DNA of 64,000 nt from an uncultured Methanoregulaceae archaeon (GCA_963705255.1 OY970061.1:96001-160000); one strand, 5' to 3'. Positions 40,784 to 51,612 are shown, counted from the stretch's first letter. Translations and numbers: made by a program. The notes: generated from the letters alone by a model not told the origin.

Positions 40784-40873
40784 TTTGCGCGTGAGGCGTC
40801 ACGTCAGGTCATCGGAAAAACGCACCGGAACTCCAGTCAGAAAACCTTAACAAAAATTTCACCTATATTGATT

Positions 40874-41071
40874 ATGAAAATAAACAAAAACTGGGACTGG
40901 AGTCAACTGGCCATTGGTTTCTGGTCAGGAGTAGCGGTCATCAGCCTGATCAATATTGCGTTGATTGTCGTACATCACAATCAGTTTCTGTATGACGAAT
41001 ATATTTTTGGAATTTCGATTGCTGCACTAATTGTATATGTGATAGTGAGGAGCAAGTTGGCAAGGCAATAA
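40874..41071 (+). CDS. Small AT-rich two-TM membrane protein
   Basis: MKINKNWDWSQLAIGFWSG...; two hydrophobic segments. Confidence 0.55.
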   Translation: MKINKNWDWSQLAIGFWSGVAVISLINIALIVVHHNQFLYDEYIFGISIAALIVYVIVRSKLARQ

Positions 41072-41254
41072 TTCCCCCGGCCTGTATCAGCCGGAGAACA
41101 GGATCATCTTTTTCTCGGTAAAAGACTATGGGGAAAATACGAGCAATTCAGGCCGCAAAAGAGATTTAAAAGTGTCGGGATGGACAGCGGTGTATAAAAA
41201 ACCCGGGGATGGCGTTGCAGGTAAAAGGTTATCAGACAGGGCAAAGGACGTGAA

Positions 41255-41968
41255 ATGACGCTGATTGTAAAGGAAGTTCAGGCAAAAACCATTCTTTCCA
41301 AATCGAAGGTCTATCCCTACGTTGTTAATCCATACACCGGTTGCCAGCATGGCTGCTGGTACTGCTATGCACGCTTTATGAAGCGGGTGACCGGGCACCG
41401 GGAACCCTGGGGGGAATTCGTTGATGTCAAGATCAATGCCGCAGACTTACTCCGCGTGGAAATAAAAAAGAAGAGACGGGGGAGAGTCTGGGTAAGCGGA
41501 GTATGCGATCCGTACCAGCCTCTGGAGGCAAAATACCGGCTGACCCGACAATGCCTGGAAATACTGGCCCTGAATACCTGGCCTGTTATCATTCAGACAC
41601 GGTCTCCCCTGGTCCTGCGCGATATCGACATCATTAAGGATGCTCAGGATTTTGAGGTCGGTCTTTCCATAACCACGGCGGACGACAGGATCAGGAAATT
41701 ATTCGAACCCCAGGCACCCCCGATAAACGACAGGATACAGGCCCTTGATGAACTGCACAAAGCCGGTATCAGGACGTATGCCATGATCGCCCCGGTGCTC
41801 CCGGGAGCAGAAGGGCTAGCAGAACTCCTGAAAGGAAAGATTGACTATGTATTGACTGACCGGATGAACTATCACTATGCCGACTGGGTATACCGGAAAT
41901 ATGGTATGGAGGATAAGCTCACGGACGATTTCTTTGAGCGGATACGGCAGGAATTTGCCTCCCTGTGA
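41255..41968 (+). CDS. SPL/SplB-like radical SAM protein (DNA-repair photolyase-like family)
   Basis: NPYTGCQHGCWYCYA, CDPYQPLE, QTRSPLVLRD, FEP. Confidence 0.9.
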   Translation: MTLIVKEVQAKTILSKSKVYPYVVNPYTGCQHGCWYCYARFMKRVTGHREPWGEFVDVKINAADLLRVEIKKKRRGRVWVSGVCDPYQPLEAKYRLTRQCLEILALNTWPVIIQTRSPLVLRDIDIIKDAQDFEVGLSITTADDRIRKLFEPQAPPINDRIQALDELHKAGIRTYAMIAPVLPGAEGLAELLKGKIDYVLTDRMNYHYADWVYRKYGMEDKLTDDFFERIRQEFASL

Positions 41969-42268
41969 AAACGAATCCTGATCCACTTGTTCGCAGCGTA
42001 TATGCTCATGAAGATGTCATTCCCGGCCCGCACAGGACCGGTGCTCATCCCGCATTGACGCCAGGCCACGTCCGGCCTTGAATCGTACTGATTATTTCAG
42101 CATAAAAAATTTTCATGGACTTTGTTTCTTCATCTAAGATTTTTCAAAAAAATCCGGTAAAAAATTTCAAAAATTTTCTGTAAGGTCCGGCAAAAATATT
42201 TCCGGAAAAGCCGGTAAAAAAATTAGACATGATCTGCCAGAAACCCACCTTTCCAATCCCCCAGTCCC

Positions 42269-42594
42269 TCTCTATCGGAGCAGGGTTCCCCCGTCAGCCA
42301 CCTTCGGTACCCGGGGTATCGTAACCCCTTTGGGAGACTTGCATCCCCCAGCGATAATCCGGCCCCTCTACGGCCCCGGATTGCCCTTCCGGGGGGTCTA
42401 TTTCCGGCCCAGGTTGCAAATTTGGGTACATTTTAGCACAAATTTTCAGAAATCCCTGAATCCTTGAGATTCAAGCCAAACGGAGCATTTCGGTGCCGAT
42501 TGAAAAACGCTAATGTACGCTTTTGGGAGGCGAAACTCAGGGTCCGGAGGGGTATAGCATGGTCGAAGTGAAGGAAACCCCTGTTCTGGAGAGA
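42269..42594 (+). ncRNA. Candidate structured non-coding RNA (or MITE-like element), family unknown
   Basis: Three nested long-range stems plus several local hairpins in an ORF-free gap; G-U pairs favour the + strand. Confidence 0.45.
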
Positions 42595-42722
42595 CCGATA
42601 TGACCGTCAGGGAATATCGGGCTGGAGAAGGCGTAGCCTTCGACTTTCTGGGTTGTTGACCGTCCGCCAGCCCCGGGCCCCTTCAGGAATCCTTGCAAAA
42701 AATGACGGGTACTCCCTGCCGT

Positions 42723-44720
42723 TCAGAGGCAGAAGACCCAGAGGTTCCAGAAATTCACCCACCAGAGCATAGCGACGAGCGCGATGGCTATGATCGTATA
42801 ATGCAGCAGGTGCGGGAGCGTCCAGAACTTCCTCTTCCATGCAAGGGCAGTACAGATGACGGTCAGCCCGGTGAGAACCGCGCCGATGACCGGCACGGTC
42901 AGGACGGCTGTCAGGAGCACAGGTACTGCCTGGTCAAACAGGTAGGAGTGTATCAGGCCCTGGTCGGCAGTGACGGCCGGGAGCAGGACACCGGCAAACA
43001 CGAGGAGGAGAAGTGCGGCAGCTCCCGCGATCCAGCGTGCGATCCGGGCCTCGTTCGGTACCGGTGGTTCCGGGATCGCATAGGCTCTGCGGAATACAAA
43101 GAGCAGCGGCCAGAGCAGGACGGTCGCCAGCAGGATTCCGGCTGCAGTCCTGAGATTTTCCACGAATCCTGCTGTCGCATACCACGGGACGCGGTCATAG
43201 ACCAGGAACGGCATATTTCCGAGACAGAAATAGTCGACCGTGCCATCCGCTGCAGTGTGGAACACGATATCCCCGCTCGCCGGGCGGACCCCGTCGAGCC
43301 GGGAGAATACACCGGGCCGGACTTCGACTGCCTCGGCATGGCCGCTGGTGGAACTCTGGAGCGTACCATTCGGCGTCACCATAATCTCCACCTGCGGGTT
43401 CGGGGTCACGGACTTCCCGAACCTGGTATAGGTGTGCCGGTTGCTTTCATAGGTCCCGGCATACTGCTGCAACCGGGAGACATCCGATGGATTGGGTGCG
43501 GGTAAGGCTGAGGGCACCTGCGGGTAATAGTGGTTCATGAACTTCGTGAACAGTTCGTCGCGGGCTAGACTTCCTCCCGGACTGTTGTACCAGACAAAGA
43601 ACCCGGCCTGCGTATCGGGCAGGAGAATGAGAAGGGAGTGGAACGTATCCGTGTCGCCGCCGTGTCCGATCGCCCGCACGCCATTGTACTGCTGCTCGTA
43701 AAACCCGAGGCACATCCCGGAGACGCGGGGGTCGTTTGCGAACGCCCGGGCATGCATCAGGCCGGCGGCCTGTACGGAGAGAATCGTTGCATTCCCGTAC
43801 GTCCCGTTCATGAGGTGGGCGATCATGAATTTCGCCATGTCTGGCGCAGTGGAACTGATCGACCCTGCCGGGCTGGCAACAACGATGGCATCGTGGACGG
43901 GAACGTTCGCGCCATTGGCATACAGGTATCCCTCCGTGAGGTTGGATGCAAGGTCAGGCGGGAGATCTTCACGGATACTGGTCTGGTTCATCGAGAGCGG
44001 CGTTAATATGTGCGATTGCAGGTACTGGTCGAACGGCATTCCCGAGATATCCTCGACCACCACTGCCGCGAGCACCGTGCCGTAATTGGAGTACGAAGAG
44101 ACCGTTCCGGGAGGACGGACCCGGGCGGGAATATTCTCGGCGCAGTATTGCCGGAAGGGGATGAGATCGGGAATACTGTCAGCCACGGTGTGCCGTTCAT
44201 CGTCCTCGAATCCCGCCGTGTGCGTCATGAGGGAGCGCATCGTTACCGGATGTCCCGGATAGGTGTCCGGGATCTTGAAATCCTTCAGGTACGTATTGAC
44301 ATCGGCATCGAGATCGATCTTCCCCTCCCCGTTCAGCTGCATCACTGCGGTCCAGGTGAAGAGTTTTGTGACCGACCCGATGCGGAACGAGGTCGTATTC
44401 GCGTAGACCGGCGTCCTGTTTCCGATGTCATTGTAGCCATATCCTTTTGCAAAGACGATCCTGCCATCCTTCACGACTGCAACCGTTGCCCCGGGAATAT
44501 TGTACTTTGCAAGATTTGCAGGCATGACCTGGTCGAAGAACGCCGCGACCTCGGCCGGATCAGAGGGGCCGTTTCCGGGCGGTGTACCGTTCACGGAGGC
44601 CGGGACCTGGACCAGGCCGGATATGCCCGTTCCGTTCGATCCGGAATTCTGGGGAACAGAAAGGGCCGCTCCGGCGCTGACCAGAAAGCAGAGAAGAAGA
44701 ATAACACCCGGTATTTTCAT
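42723..44720 (-). CDS. Serine hydrolase (class C beta-lactamase/AmpC-like family), signal peptide and C-terminal TMs
   Basis: FRIGSVTK (SxxK), LMTHTAG, YSN, HGG. Confidence 0.9.
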   Translation of the reverse strand: MKIPGVILLLCFLVSAGAALSVPQNSGSNGTGISGLVQVPASVNGTPPGNGPSDPAEVAAFFDQVMPANLAKYNIPGATVAVVKDGRIVFAKGYGYNDIGNRTPVYANTTSFRIGSVTKLFTWTAVMQLNGEGKIDLDADVNTYLKDFKIPDTYPGHPVTMRSLMTHTAGFEDDERHTVADSIPDLIPFRQYCAENIPARVRPPGTVSSYSNYGTVLAAVVVEDISGMPFDQYLQSHILTPLSMNQTSIREDLPPDLASNLTEGYLYANGANVPVHDAIVVASPAGSISSTAPDMAKFMIAHLMNGTYGNATILSVQAAGLMHARAFANDPRVSGMCLGFYEQQYNGVRAIGHGGDTDTFHSLLILLPDTQAGFFVWYNSPGGSLARDELFTKFMNHYYPQVPSALPAPNPSDVSRLQQYAGTYESNRHTYTRFGKSVTPNPQVEIMVTPNGTLQSSTSGHAEAVEVRPGVFSRLDGVRPASGDIVFHTAADGTVDYFCLGNMPFLVYDRVPWYATAGFVENLRTAAGILLATVLLWPLLFVFRRAYAIPEPPVPNEARIARWIAGAAALLLLVFAGVLLPAVTADQGLIHSYLFDQAVPVLLTAVLTVPVIGAVLTGLTVICTALAWKRKFWTLPHLLHYTIIAIALVAMLWWVNFWNLWVFCL

Positions 44721-44930
44721 AGTATGGCATTCGTCTGAGATATAATAACATATTCGGGAGGTTTTACCTGGTACCGGGGTGCCGGTTATCACCCGTACAG
44801 GCACCGGCACCCGGTGTATCGTCATCAAATCCGTTCGTCATGACGTTGATTATTTATAATGAACCGATCGATCAACCACTGAGGGAAAAGCAGATCACCG
44901 AATTCCCCGAGAAACCGGAGTGAGCAAGAG

Positions 44931-45764
44931 ATGGTACCAAGGAGCGAAATTGCCCGGGCGGCAGGGATCACGACAAACCCGGTCGCTATCGTATGGACTG
45001 ACAAAAAACCCGAGAAAGCCCTTGAGTTCAGGCAAGGCGTCTGGAGCTGCGTGATGTGGCTGTTTGCGAAGGTTGCCAGAGAGGGGCGGACCGCGGTCTT
45101 CAGCCGGGACACGACCACGTGCGCCGGCGGGGCGATGGGGCTCGGGTTCGGGCGGCCGCTTGACCGGCACGCGGCCCGGAGCGAGGAGGGATTCTGCTCG
45201 TTCCTCTCGAACGGTATTGAAGGAGCGGTTGACCGGGCCGCCTACGAGGCGGCAATTGCGCAGAGCTTCGATGCCCACCACAAAAAGATGCTCACCGAAG
45301 GGGAACGCTTCTTAAAGAGCCCCGCAATTGTCCGGAAATTCCTCGCAAACCTGCCGGTATATGACGCGAAAGAGCGGTATATCGTGATGAAACCCGTCCA
45401 TGAGGTTGAGGACGGCGAAGATGTGCGGAGCATCGTGTTTGTCGCCAAGGCCGACCAGATCGCCGCCCTTTCGACGCTTGCGAACTACGGGACCGGGAAT
45501 ATCCGGGACGGGGTCATCGTCGCTGCCGGTGCTGCCGGGTGCCAGGCGATGGGCGTATGCACGTATGCCGAGGGAGAGAGCGGTGCGCCCCGCGCCGTAG
45601 TAGGCCTCACCGATCTCTCGGCACGGCGGGCAGTCCGCACGACGCTGGGCAAAGATGTCCTCACATTCTCCGTCCCCTACGGCATGTACCGTGAAATGGA
45701 ACGGAACGTACCGGGGAGTTTCCTTGAACTGGACCTCTGGAAGGAACTTCGGGATTCTGTGTAA
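44931..45764 (+). CDS. DUF169 family protein
   Basis: PVAI, C.....A, CAGGAMGLG, AGC, GLTDLSAR, FSVP. Confidence 0.75.
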   Translation: MVPRSEIARAAGITTNPVAIVWTDKKPEKALEFRQGVWSCVMWLFAKVAREGRTAVFSRDTTTCAGGAMGLGFGRPLDRHAARSEEGFCSFLSNGIEGAVDRAAYEAAIAQSFDAHHKKMLTEGERFLKSPAIVRKFLANLPVYDAKERYIVMKPVHEVEDGEDVRSIVFVAKADQIAALSTLANYGTGNIRDGVIVAAGAAGCQAMGVCTYAEGESGAPRAVVGLTDLSARRAVRTTLGKDVLTFSVPYGMYREMERNVPGSFLELDLWKELRDSV

Positions 45765-45931
45765 AAAGTGAAGGAAGATTTTTTTTTAAAATACCCACCA
45801 ACCGATCCGGGAATTATTTTTAATTGCCGGATCCAGGCCCGTCTCTTTCCCTGTCCAGATCCGGGGCTGAACCCTACCGACCCCTTTTTAGGTATGCTCT
45901 GACCTAGTATAGATTAAAAGCCAGGCAGACT

Positions 45932-46408
45932 ATGATCCTCACCGAAGCCCAGGATATGTTCACCTTATTCTTCGCGATTTATTTTGCCATGATAATAGAT
46001 CGCTCCCATGAGATGTATAAGCCGTGGGACACCTACAATGCATGGAGAGGAAAGACTCATAATATCAGGCGTTTGCTGGCAGCATGGATTATCTTATTCG
46101 CCATACCCCTGGTGCATTTTGCGATCTTATTCACCCTTCTCGGATCCGTCGATGTCCCGTTCGATCTGACGATCGGCGGCATCTCGAATGTTGTTTTGAT
46201 CGGCTTCAGTTCATTTTTCGAGTTCGGCTATTTCAGAATCTATGAATCTTTTCTGCACCGGTATCCCGCGTCATTCTTCTCCGACGAAGACCTGGCTCAG
46301 ATAGAGGGTTCAGGCAAAATCCGCCCGGATTTCCGGGCCCATTTTATCCCCGGGGCATTGTATGTCATCCTGTCTACCCTGGCCATGGTAATTGCGATCT
46401 ATTACTGA
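45932..46408 (+). CDS. Hypothetical membrane protein
   Basis: Four hydrophobic segments; PWDTYNAW. Confidence 0.7.
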   Translation: MILTEAQDMFTLFFAIYFAMIIDRSHEMYKPWDTYNAWRGKTHNIRRLLAAWIILFAIPLVHFAILFTLLGSVDVPFDLTIGGISNVVLIGFSSFFEFGYFRIYESFLHRYPASFFSDEDLAQIEGSGKIRPDFRAHFIPGALYVILSTLAMVIAIYY

Positions 46409-46592
46409 CGGCGACTGCTTCATCATGACCACCACTATGTATTTGAACATTGTAACCAGCCGATCCGGGAATCTCCGGGGCCACGGTTCTGGAACAGCAC
46501 CCCCGAACGCTACAGTTAATTAATAAAGACGGAACACAGCTCTAGAAGCGGACATACGCTATAGCGGTCTGGCAAACGGGAACGGTGAAGGC

Positions 46593-47562
46593 ATGGATAT
46601 CATTGAGACACAGAACCTGACGAAGACCTACGGGAACCTCACCGCTGTCGACCACCTCGACCTGAAGGTCGGGAAGGGGGAGGTATTCGGCCTGCTCGGC
46701 CCCAACGGGGCGGGAAAGTCGACGACCCTCATGATGCTGACCACCCTCATCCCGCCGACATCCGGGACGGCGCTCGTGAACGGTTATGACATCCTGCGCC
46801 AGCCCGACCAGGTCAGGAAATCCATCGGGATCGTCTTCCAGGACCCGAGTTCGGATGAGACGCTGACCGGGTACGAGAACCTGAAGCTCCACGGGCTCCT
46901 CTACGATATGGACGCCGGGCTGCGGGAGGAACGGATCGTGGAGGTACTCGCGCTCGTCGAACTTACGGACAGGAAAGACGACATGGTCAAGAAATATTCC
47001 GGAGGGATGCGGAGAAGGCTCGAGCTCGCCCGGGGCCTGATGCACCACCCCGAGATCTTATTCCTGGACGAGCCTACGCTCGGCCTCGACCCCCAGACCC
47101 GGGAGCACATCTGGGAATACGTCAGGAGACTGGCGACGGAGAAGAAGATCACCATCATCATCACCACTCACTATATGGACGAGGCCGACCGGCTCTGCGA
47201 CCGGCTCGCGATCATAGACCGCGGGAAGATCGCGGGTACTCGGTCCCCCGGATGTGCTGAAGAAAGAGCTTGGCGGTGACATCATCCGCATGAGAGCCGG
47301 AACCTTCGACATGGAATTGCTCAGGGAGCTGGACTATGTCACAAATGTCAAAACAGATGACGGGGGTATCAGCGTGACTGTCAGGGATGCCAGCCAGTAC
47401 CTGCAGGACCTCCTGGGCCGCGTAGGCAAGGTGGAAGGTGTCGAGGTCCGCCCGCTGACCCTGGAGGACGTGTTCATCCACTATACCGGCAGGGCGATCC
47501 GGGAAGGGGCCCCCGAGGGCGGCTGGGCGGAGAAAGTGATGCGGGCAGGATCGAGAAGATGA
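46593..47562 (+). CDS. ABC-2 (DrrA-like) exporter ATP-binding protein (+1 frameshift near 47235)
   Basis: GPNGAGKST, YSGGMRRRLE, LDEPT; continuation LKKELGGD...TLEDVF in the next frame. Confidence 0.9.
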
Positions 47563-48329
47563 GCGATCTGAAAGGGATCTATGCCCTCTGGTACCGCGAA
47601 TTCAAGGTCTTCCAGCGGGAGAGGTCCCGGATGGTCGCATCCATCGTCAACCCGGTACTCTGGCTCCTGATCATCGGCGGAGGCCTTGGATCCGTCTTAT
47701 CCTTCGGGGGAGTGGATTACCTGAGTTTCCTGTACCCGGGAATCCTCCTCCAGTCGGTATTGTTCTCGGCGGTCTTTTTCGGCGTGTATATCGTCTGGGA
47801 TAAAAAAATCGATTTCCTGAAAGAAGTCCTGGTATCCCCGATGTCGAGGACATCCATATTCATCGGCAAGATCCTCGGGGGCTCCACGGATACGCTCCTG
47901 CAGTCAGCCATCCTGCTCGTCATCGGCTATGCCTTCACGGTGAGCGGCGTGCTGAAGGGAATCACGTTCTCCCCGCTCTCGGTCATCGTTGCATCGGTTT
48001 TTTTGTTCGTAACGACCGTCGGGCTCGTCAGCATCGGTCTTATCATCGGCTCGCAGATGGAGAGCCCCGAAGGGTTCCAGCTCATCAGCAGCTTCCTGAT
48101 ATTCCCGATGTTCTTCCTGTCCGGGGCCCTCTTTCCTATCGAGAACCTGCCTTCCTGGCTCACCCCCTTCGTGCTGGTCAACCCTGCCACCTATTCAGTG
48201 GACGGGTTGCGGGGGGTGCTCGTCGGGCTGCACCGGTTCAACCTCGGCCTCGATCTCCTCGTCATAAGCGTATTCTCCCTTGTCATGATCCTCATCGGCA
48301 CCTATGCATTCAGGAAGATGAAACTGTGA
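47559..48329 (+). CDS. ABC-2 type exporter permease
   Basis: LKEVLVSP, FFLSGALFP, NPATY.VDGLR. Confidence 0.9.
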   Translation: MSDLKGIYALWYREFKVFQRERSRMVASIVNPVLWLLIIGGGLGSVLSFGGVDYLSFLYPGILLQSVLFSAVFFGVYIVWDKKIDFLKEVLVSPMSRTSIFIGKILGGSTDTLLQSAILLVIGYAFTVSGVLKGITFSPLSVIVASVFLFVTTVGLVSIGLIIGSQMESPEGFQLISSFLIFPMFFLSGALFPIENLPSWLTPFVLVNPATYSVDGLRGVLVGLHRFNLGLDLLVISVFSLVMILIGTYAFRKMKL

Positions 48330-48528
48330 GGGTTTTGCTGTACCTGCGGGTCCTTGGTGCGCTGACGGTTGATCTGAAAATTTTACCGGGATGAACTCAT
48401 GGTCATCAACCCAATATGCAACAGCACCGCGGCAGGTATCCAGTGTTGATCTTTCCTGCGGGCGAACGGTGAAGGTGAACGTTGCCCGGGGGAATTACCT
48501 GATAAGCTTGCGTGGACAACCGGGAGGT

Positions 48529-48861
48529 ATGACTGAAAAATCCGGTATTCTCTACACATTTGCCCTCTTCAAGCAGCGGTACACCCGGGGAACTTCCTGG
48601 ACCCAGATCCTCCTGAACTTCGGCATCATCACCGCCAACGCCAAACTGTTCGAGGACTTCTTCCTCATCAACTTCGGGCTGACGATCCCTATGGTCATCG
48701 GCATATCGATCCCGATCTATGTCATCTTCTGCTACATCCTCGGGCATATCGATGAAAAGAGCGGATTCTGGCAGATCGAGAACGATCTCGGGTACCGGGT
48801 GACCCCGTTGTCCGATGAGATGCTCCAGGCCATACGGGAGATCAGGAAGAAACTCGACTGA
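48529..48861 (+). CDS. Small hypothetical membrane protein
   Basis: GGAGG RBS; two TMs; LGHIDEK. Confidence 0.65.
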   Translation: MTEKSGILYTFALFKQRYTRGTSWTQILLNFGIITANAKLFEDFFLINFGLTIPMVIGISIPIYVIFCYILGHIDEKSGFWQIENDLGYRVTPLSDEMLQAIREIRKKLD

Positions 48862-48992
48862 TCCGGCAATCTGCGAAAGACCAGAAGATGTCCGGTATAC
48901 GTGGTACCATCACGGGGGCAGCCGGTTATCGACTGGACCGGAACCATACAATAGTTCTTAACCGATCCTGATCATTGGGTTCATAGAGAGGA

Positions 48993-50237
48993 ATGCATAC
49001 CTGCCCACCCGCCAGGTTCTGGGGAATACTTGTCCTGTTCTGCATCATCGTACCGGCCGGGCAGTCAGTCAGTCCACTCTGGACTGTCCCGGCACCAGCG
49101 GGAGTGGATTTATCCACGGTTGCTATATCGCACGACGGGTCGACCATTGTCGCGGGAGGGGACCAGCTGATCGCGCTCTCTCCCGACGGGACGAAATTGT
49201 GGTCGGGCTGGTCGGGAACCACGCTCGACCTGAGCCAGGACGGCAGGTACATCGTTACGTCCCAGGGCCAGACCGTGCGGCTTTTCACACGGCAGGGGGT
49301 CCTGCTGTGGGACCAGCCGCTGGGAGACAGCGTGACCGGTGTTTCCATCTCGCCGGACGCGGCAATAATCGTTGCCGGCGGGGGGAACACCGTGCGGTCC
49401 TGGTACAATTCCGGTTCCGGCCTCGGGGAGAATGCGACCGAGACCGTACACGATATCAGGCTCTCCCCGGTAAAAGACCAGGTGATCGTTGCCACGGCGA
49501 AGGCGTTGCGGAGCTTCAACCTGAGTTACGTCCCGAACTGGTACGACGACACCTTCAGTCCCGGTATCGTTGAGATATCCGGCGACGGCACCGGTATCGT
49601 GATCCCGAACGGCAACCACCTGCGGATGTATCACGGCAGCGGCACCCTGCTCTGGGACCGCTCATTTCCCGGCGGGAATATCATCTCTCTCGCTTACTCA
49701 TGGGACGGATCGACGATCGTTGCCGGGCGCGACGATGCAACGGTCCTTGTCGTGGACCGGGACGGGAACCTTCTCTGGACAGGAAACGCCGGAGTCTGGG
49801 TAACGAGCGTGGGCGTATCAGATGACGGTTCCACCATCGCAACAGGAAGTATCGACAACCAGATCCACGTATTCAACCGGCAGGGCACGCTGCTCGGGAC
49901 CTCTACAACGCAAAGCCCGATCAAATCCCGTTCGGTTGCCGTGAGCGGAGACGGTTCCCTGATTGTGGCAGTCGATCTTTCAAACGTGTACGGTTTTTCA
50001 CGGTCCCAGTTTACCCTGCCGGTCGCGCCATCAGCCACGGAAGTTACGGTGAACGTCTCACCCGGGACAGCCCCCGACAACGTGACACCCGCCACCACGA
50101 TCCCGGTTGCGGGGATAGTACCATCACGCTCCGGGAAAGCATCAGTCACGGCAACCGGAACAACCTCCTCATCAGGATTCCCGTGGATTCTTACCTTCGC
50201 ATCTCTGGCACTTATCCTGGTGACACGAAAAAAATGA
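48993..50237 (+). CDS. Secreted WD40/PQQ-like beta-propeller with Thr/Ser-rich linker and PGF-CTERM-like anchor
   Basis: Repeated V.IS.DG..IVAG / G.LLW units; C-terminal SGF-TM-RKK. Confidence 0.8.
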   Translation: MHTCPPARFWGILVLFCIIVPAGQSVSPLWTVPAPAGVDLSTVAISHDGSTIVAGGDQLIALSPDGTKLWSGWSGTTLDLSQDGRYIVTSQGQTVRLFTRQGVLLWDQPLGDSVTGVSISPDAAIIVAGGGNTVRSWYNSGSGLGENATETVHDIRLSPVKDQVIVATAKALRSFNLSYVPNWYDDTFSPGIVEISGDGTGIVIPNGNHLRMYHGSGTLLWDRSFPGGNIISLAYSWDGSTIVAGRDDATVLVVDRDGNLLWTGNAGVWVTSVGVSDDGSTIATGSIDNQIHVFNRQGTLLGTSTTQSPIKSRSVAVSGDGSLIVAVDLSNVYGFSRSQFTLPVAPSATEVTVNVSPGTAPDNVTPATTIPVAGIVPSRSGKASVTATGTTSSSGFPWILTFASLALILVTRKK

Positions 50238-50413
50238 GGTGGACCCTGTGATATTTTTTCTCACCCTGCAAGATAAAAGGGGTAAGGTGCTCCCATAGCC
50301 AGATCGCTTGGTCAACGGCAGAGCGTTGCGGTACGAGGGCTTTAAAGATCGCCCACTCCCTGCAAAGATATCCTTAAAAACTCCCCCACAAAACATCTCC
50401 CGGGTGAATCTGA

Positions 50414-50974
50414 ATGGACAAGATAACCGTCGGCCCGATGCCGTACATGAGTGTCATGCCCACCCTGCTCGTGGGCGCAAACGTGAAGGGAAAGCCGAAC
50501 TACATGACCGCCGCATGGGCCACGACAGCCTGCATGGCGCCGCCGATGGTGTGCGTGGCGATCAACCATGCACGCTACACGGCGAAGGGGATCGAGGAGA
50601 ATAATACCTTCAGCCTGAACGTGCCGTCAGCGAAGCTCGCGGTCGAGACCGACCATTGCGGTCTCGTCTCCGGTGCGCAGGAAGACAAGTCGAAGGTTTT
50701 CACATCATTCTATGGTAAACTGAAGACCGCCCCGATGGCCAAGGAGTGTCCGGTCAATATCGAGTGCACCGTATTCATGGCCGTGGACTGCGGCAGCCAT
50801 ACGCTCTACATCGGGGAGATCGCGGAGATCCATCTCGACAGGGCGTGTGCAACGGACGGGAAACCGGATATAACGAAGATCAACCCGATAATCTACGCCC
50901 AGTCTGCATATTTCTCGGTGGGGAAAGAGGTTGACAAGGCGTTCTCTGTCGGCAAAAAATATAAGAAAAAGTGA
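50414..50974 (+). CDS. Flavin reductase-like (flavoredoxin) protein
   Basis: PNYMTAAW, FSLNVP, CG.VSG...DK, ECPVNIEC, GSHTLYIGEI. Confidence 0.9.
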   Translation: MDKITVGPMPYMSVMPTLLVGANVKGKPNYMTAAWATTACMAPPMVCVAINHARYTAKGIEENNTFSLNVPSAKLAVETDHCGLVSGAQEDKSKVFTSFYGKLKTAPMAKECPVNIECTVFMAVDCGSHTLYIGEIAEIHLDRACATDGKPDITKINPIIYAQSAYFSVGKEVDKAFSVGKKYKKK

Positions 50975-51342
50975 GAACAGTTGTTTTGCCGGAAAAATTA
51001 TTCTTTTTTAGATCCAGGCCCGCAGTCCTGTCAGGGCTTCTCCAGGTGACGCTGCTCTCCCGTATATCTTCGGACGGACCGGGGCTCCTCTCTCCCGATA
51101 CCCGATCCCGCTCCCTGGTAGAGAAAACAGAGGCGGGGGTTTTGCGTGCATGCACTCGCATGGGGGGAATTTCCTCCTCATTCCGGAGGAGGGTCGCGGC
51201 CCCGGACCGAGAGATTCACCCGGGGCTAAGGAACGGTACCGATCGACCCCTCCCGTTTGCCCCCGTACATACCTTAAATACCCTGAAACATCCATAACCC
51301 CTTTGCAGAAGAACGATTGAGGACCGGCTGGGAGAAGAAGAG

Positions 51343-51612
51343 ATGGTGAATACAGGACAGCAGCACAGGATGAAACGATCGGTTGAGCGGCTCTTTACCG
51401 GCAGCTGCCACAGACCGCTGACCGGGCTGGAACGCGAGCTTCTCAAACGGGGATTTGTCGAGACGGGAGCAGACCAGGTGGCGGTTGCGATGGAGAACGT
51501 CCCCATGGAACTCTATCTTGAGATTGAACTGGAAGGCACCCGCTGCATCCACAGCTACCTGATCGTCTCATTCGAAGAGAAGGAAAAGAAGCGGCGGAAG
51601 TTCCGGTGGTAA
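51343..51612 (+). CDS. Small hypothetical protein
   Basis: Coding-like codon use; TTAAATA TATA-like box upstream; no motif recognised. Confidence 0.55.
   Translation: MVNTGQQHRMKRSVERLFTGSCHRPLTGLERELLKRGFVETGADQVAVAMENVPMELYLEIELEGTRCIHSYLIVSFEEKEKKRRKFRW

Noticed and set aside
42269-42594. RNase P RNA or SRP RNA
   Set aside because: I could not find the GAGGAAAGTCC P4 signature or the SRP helix-8 motif on either strand.
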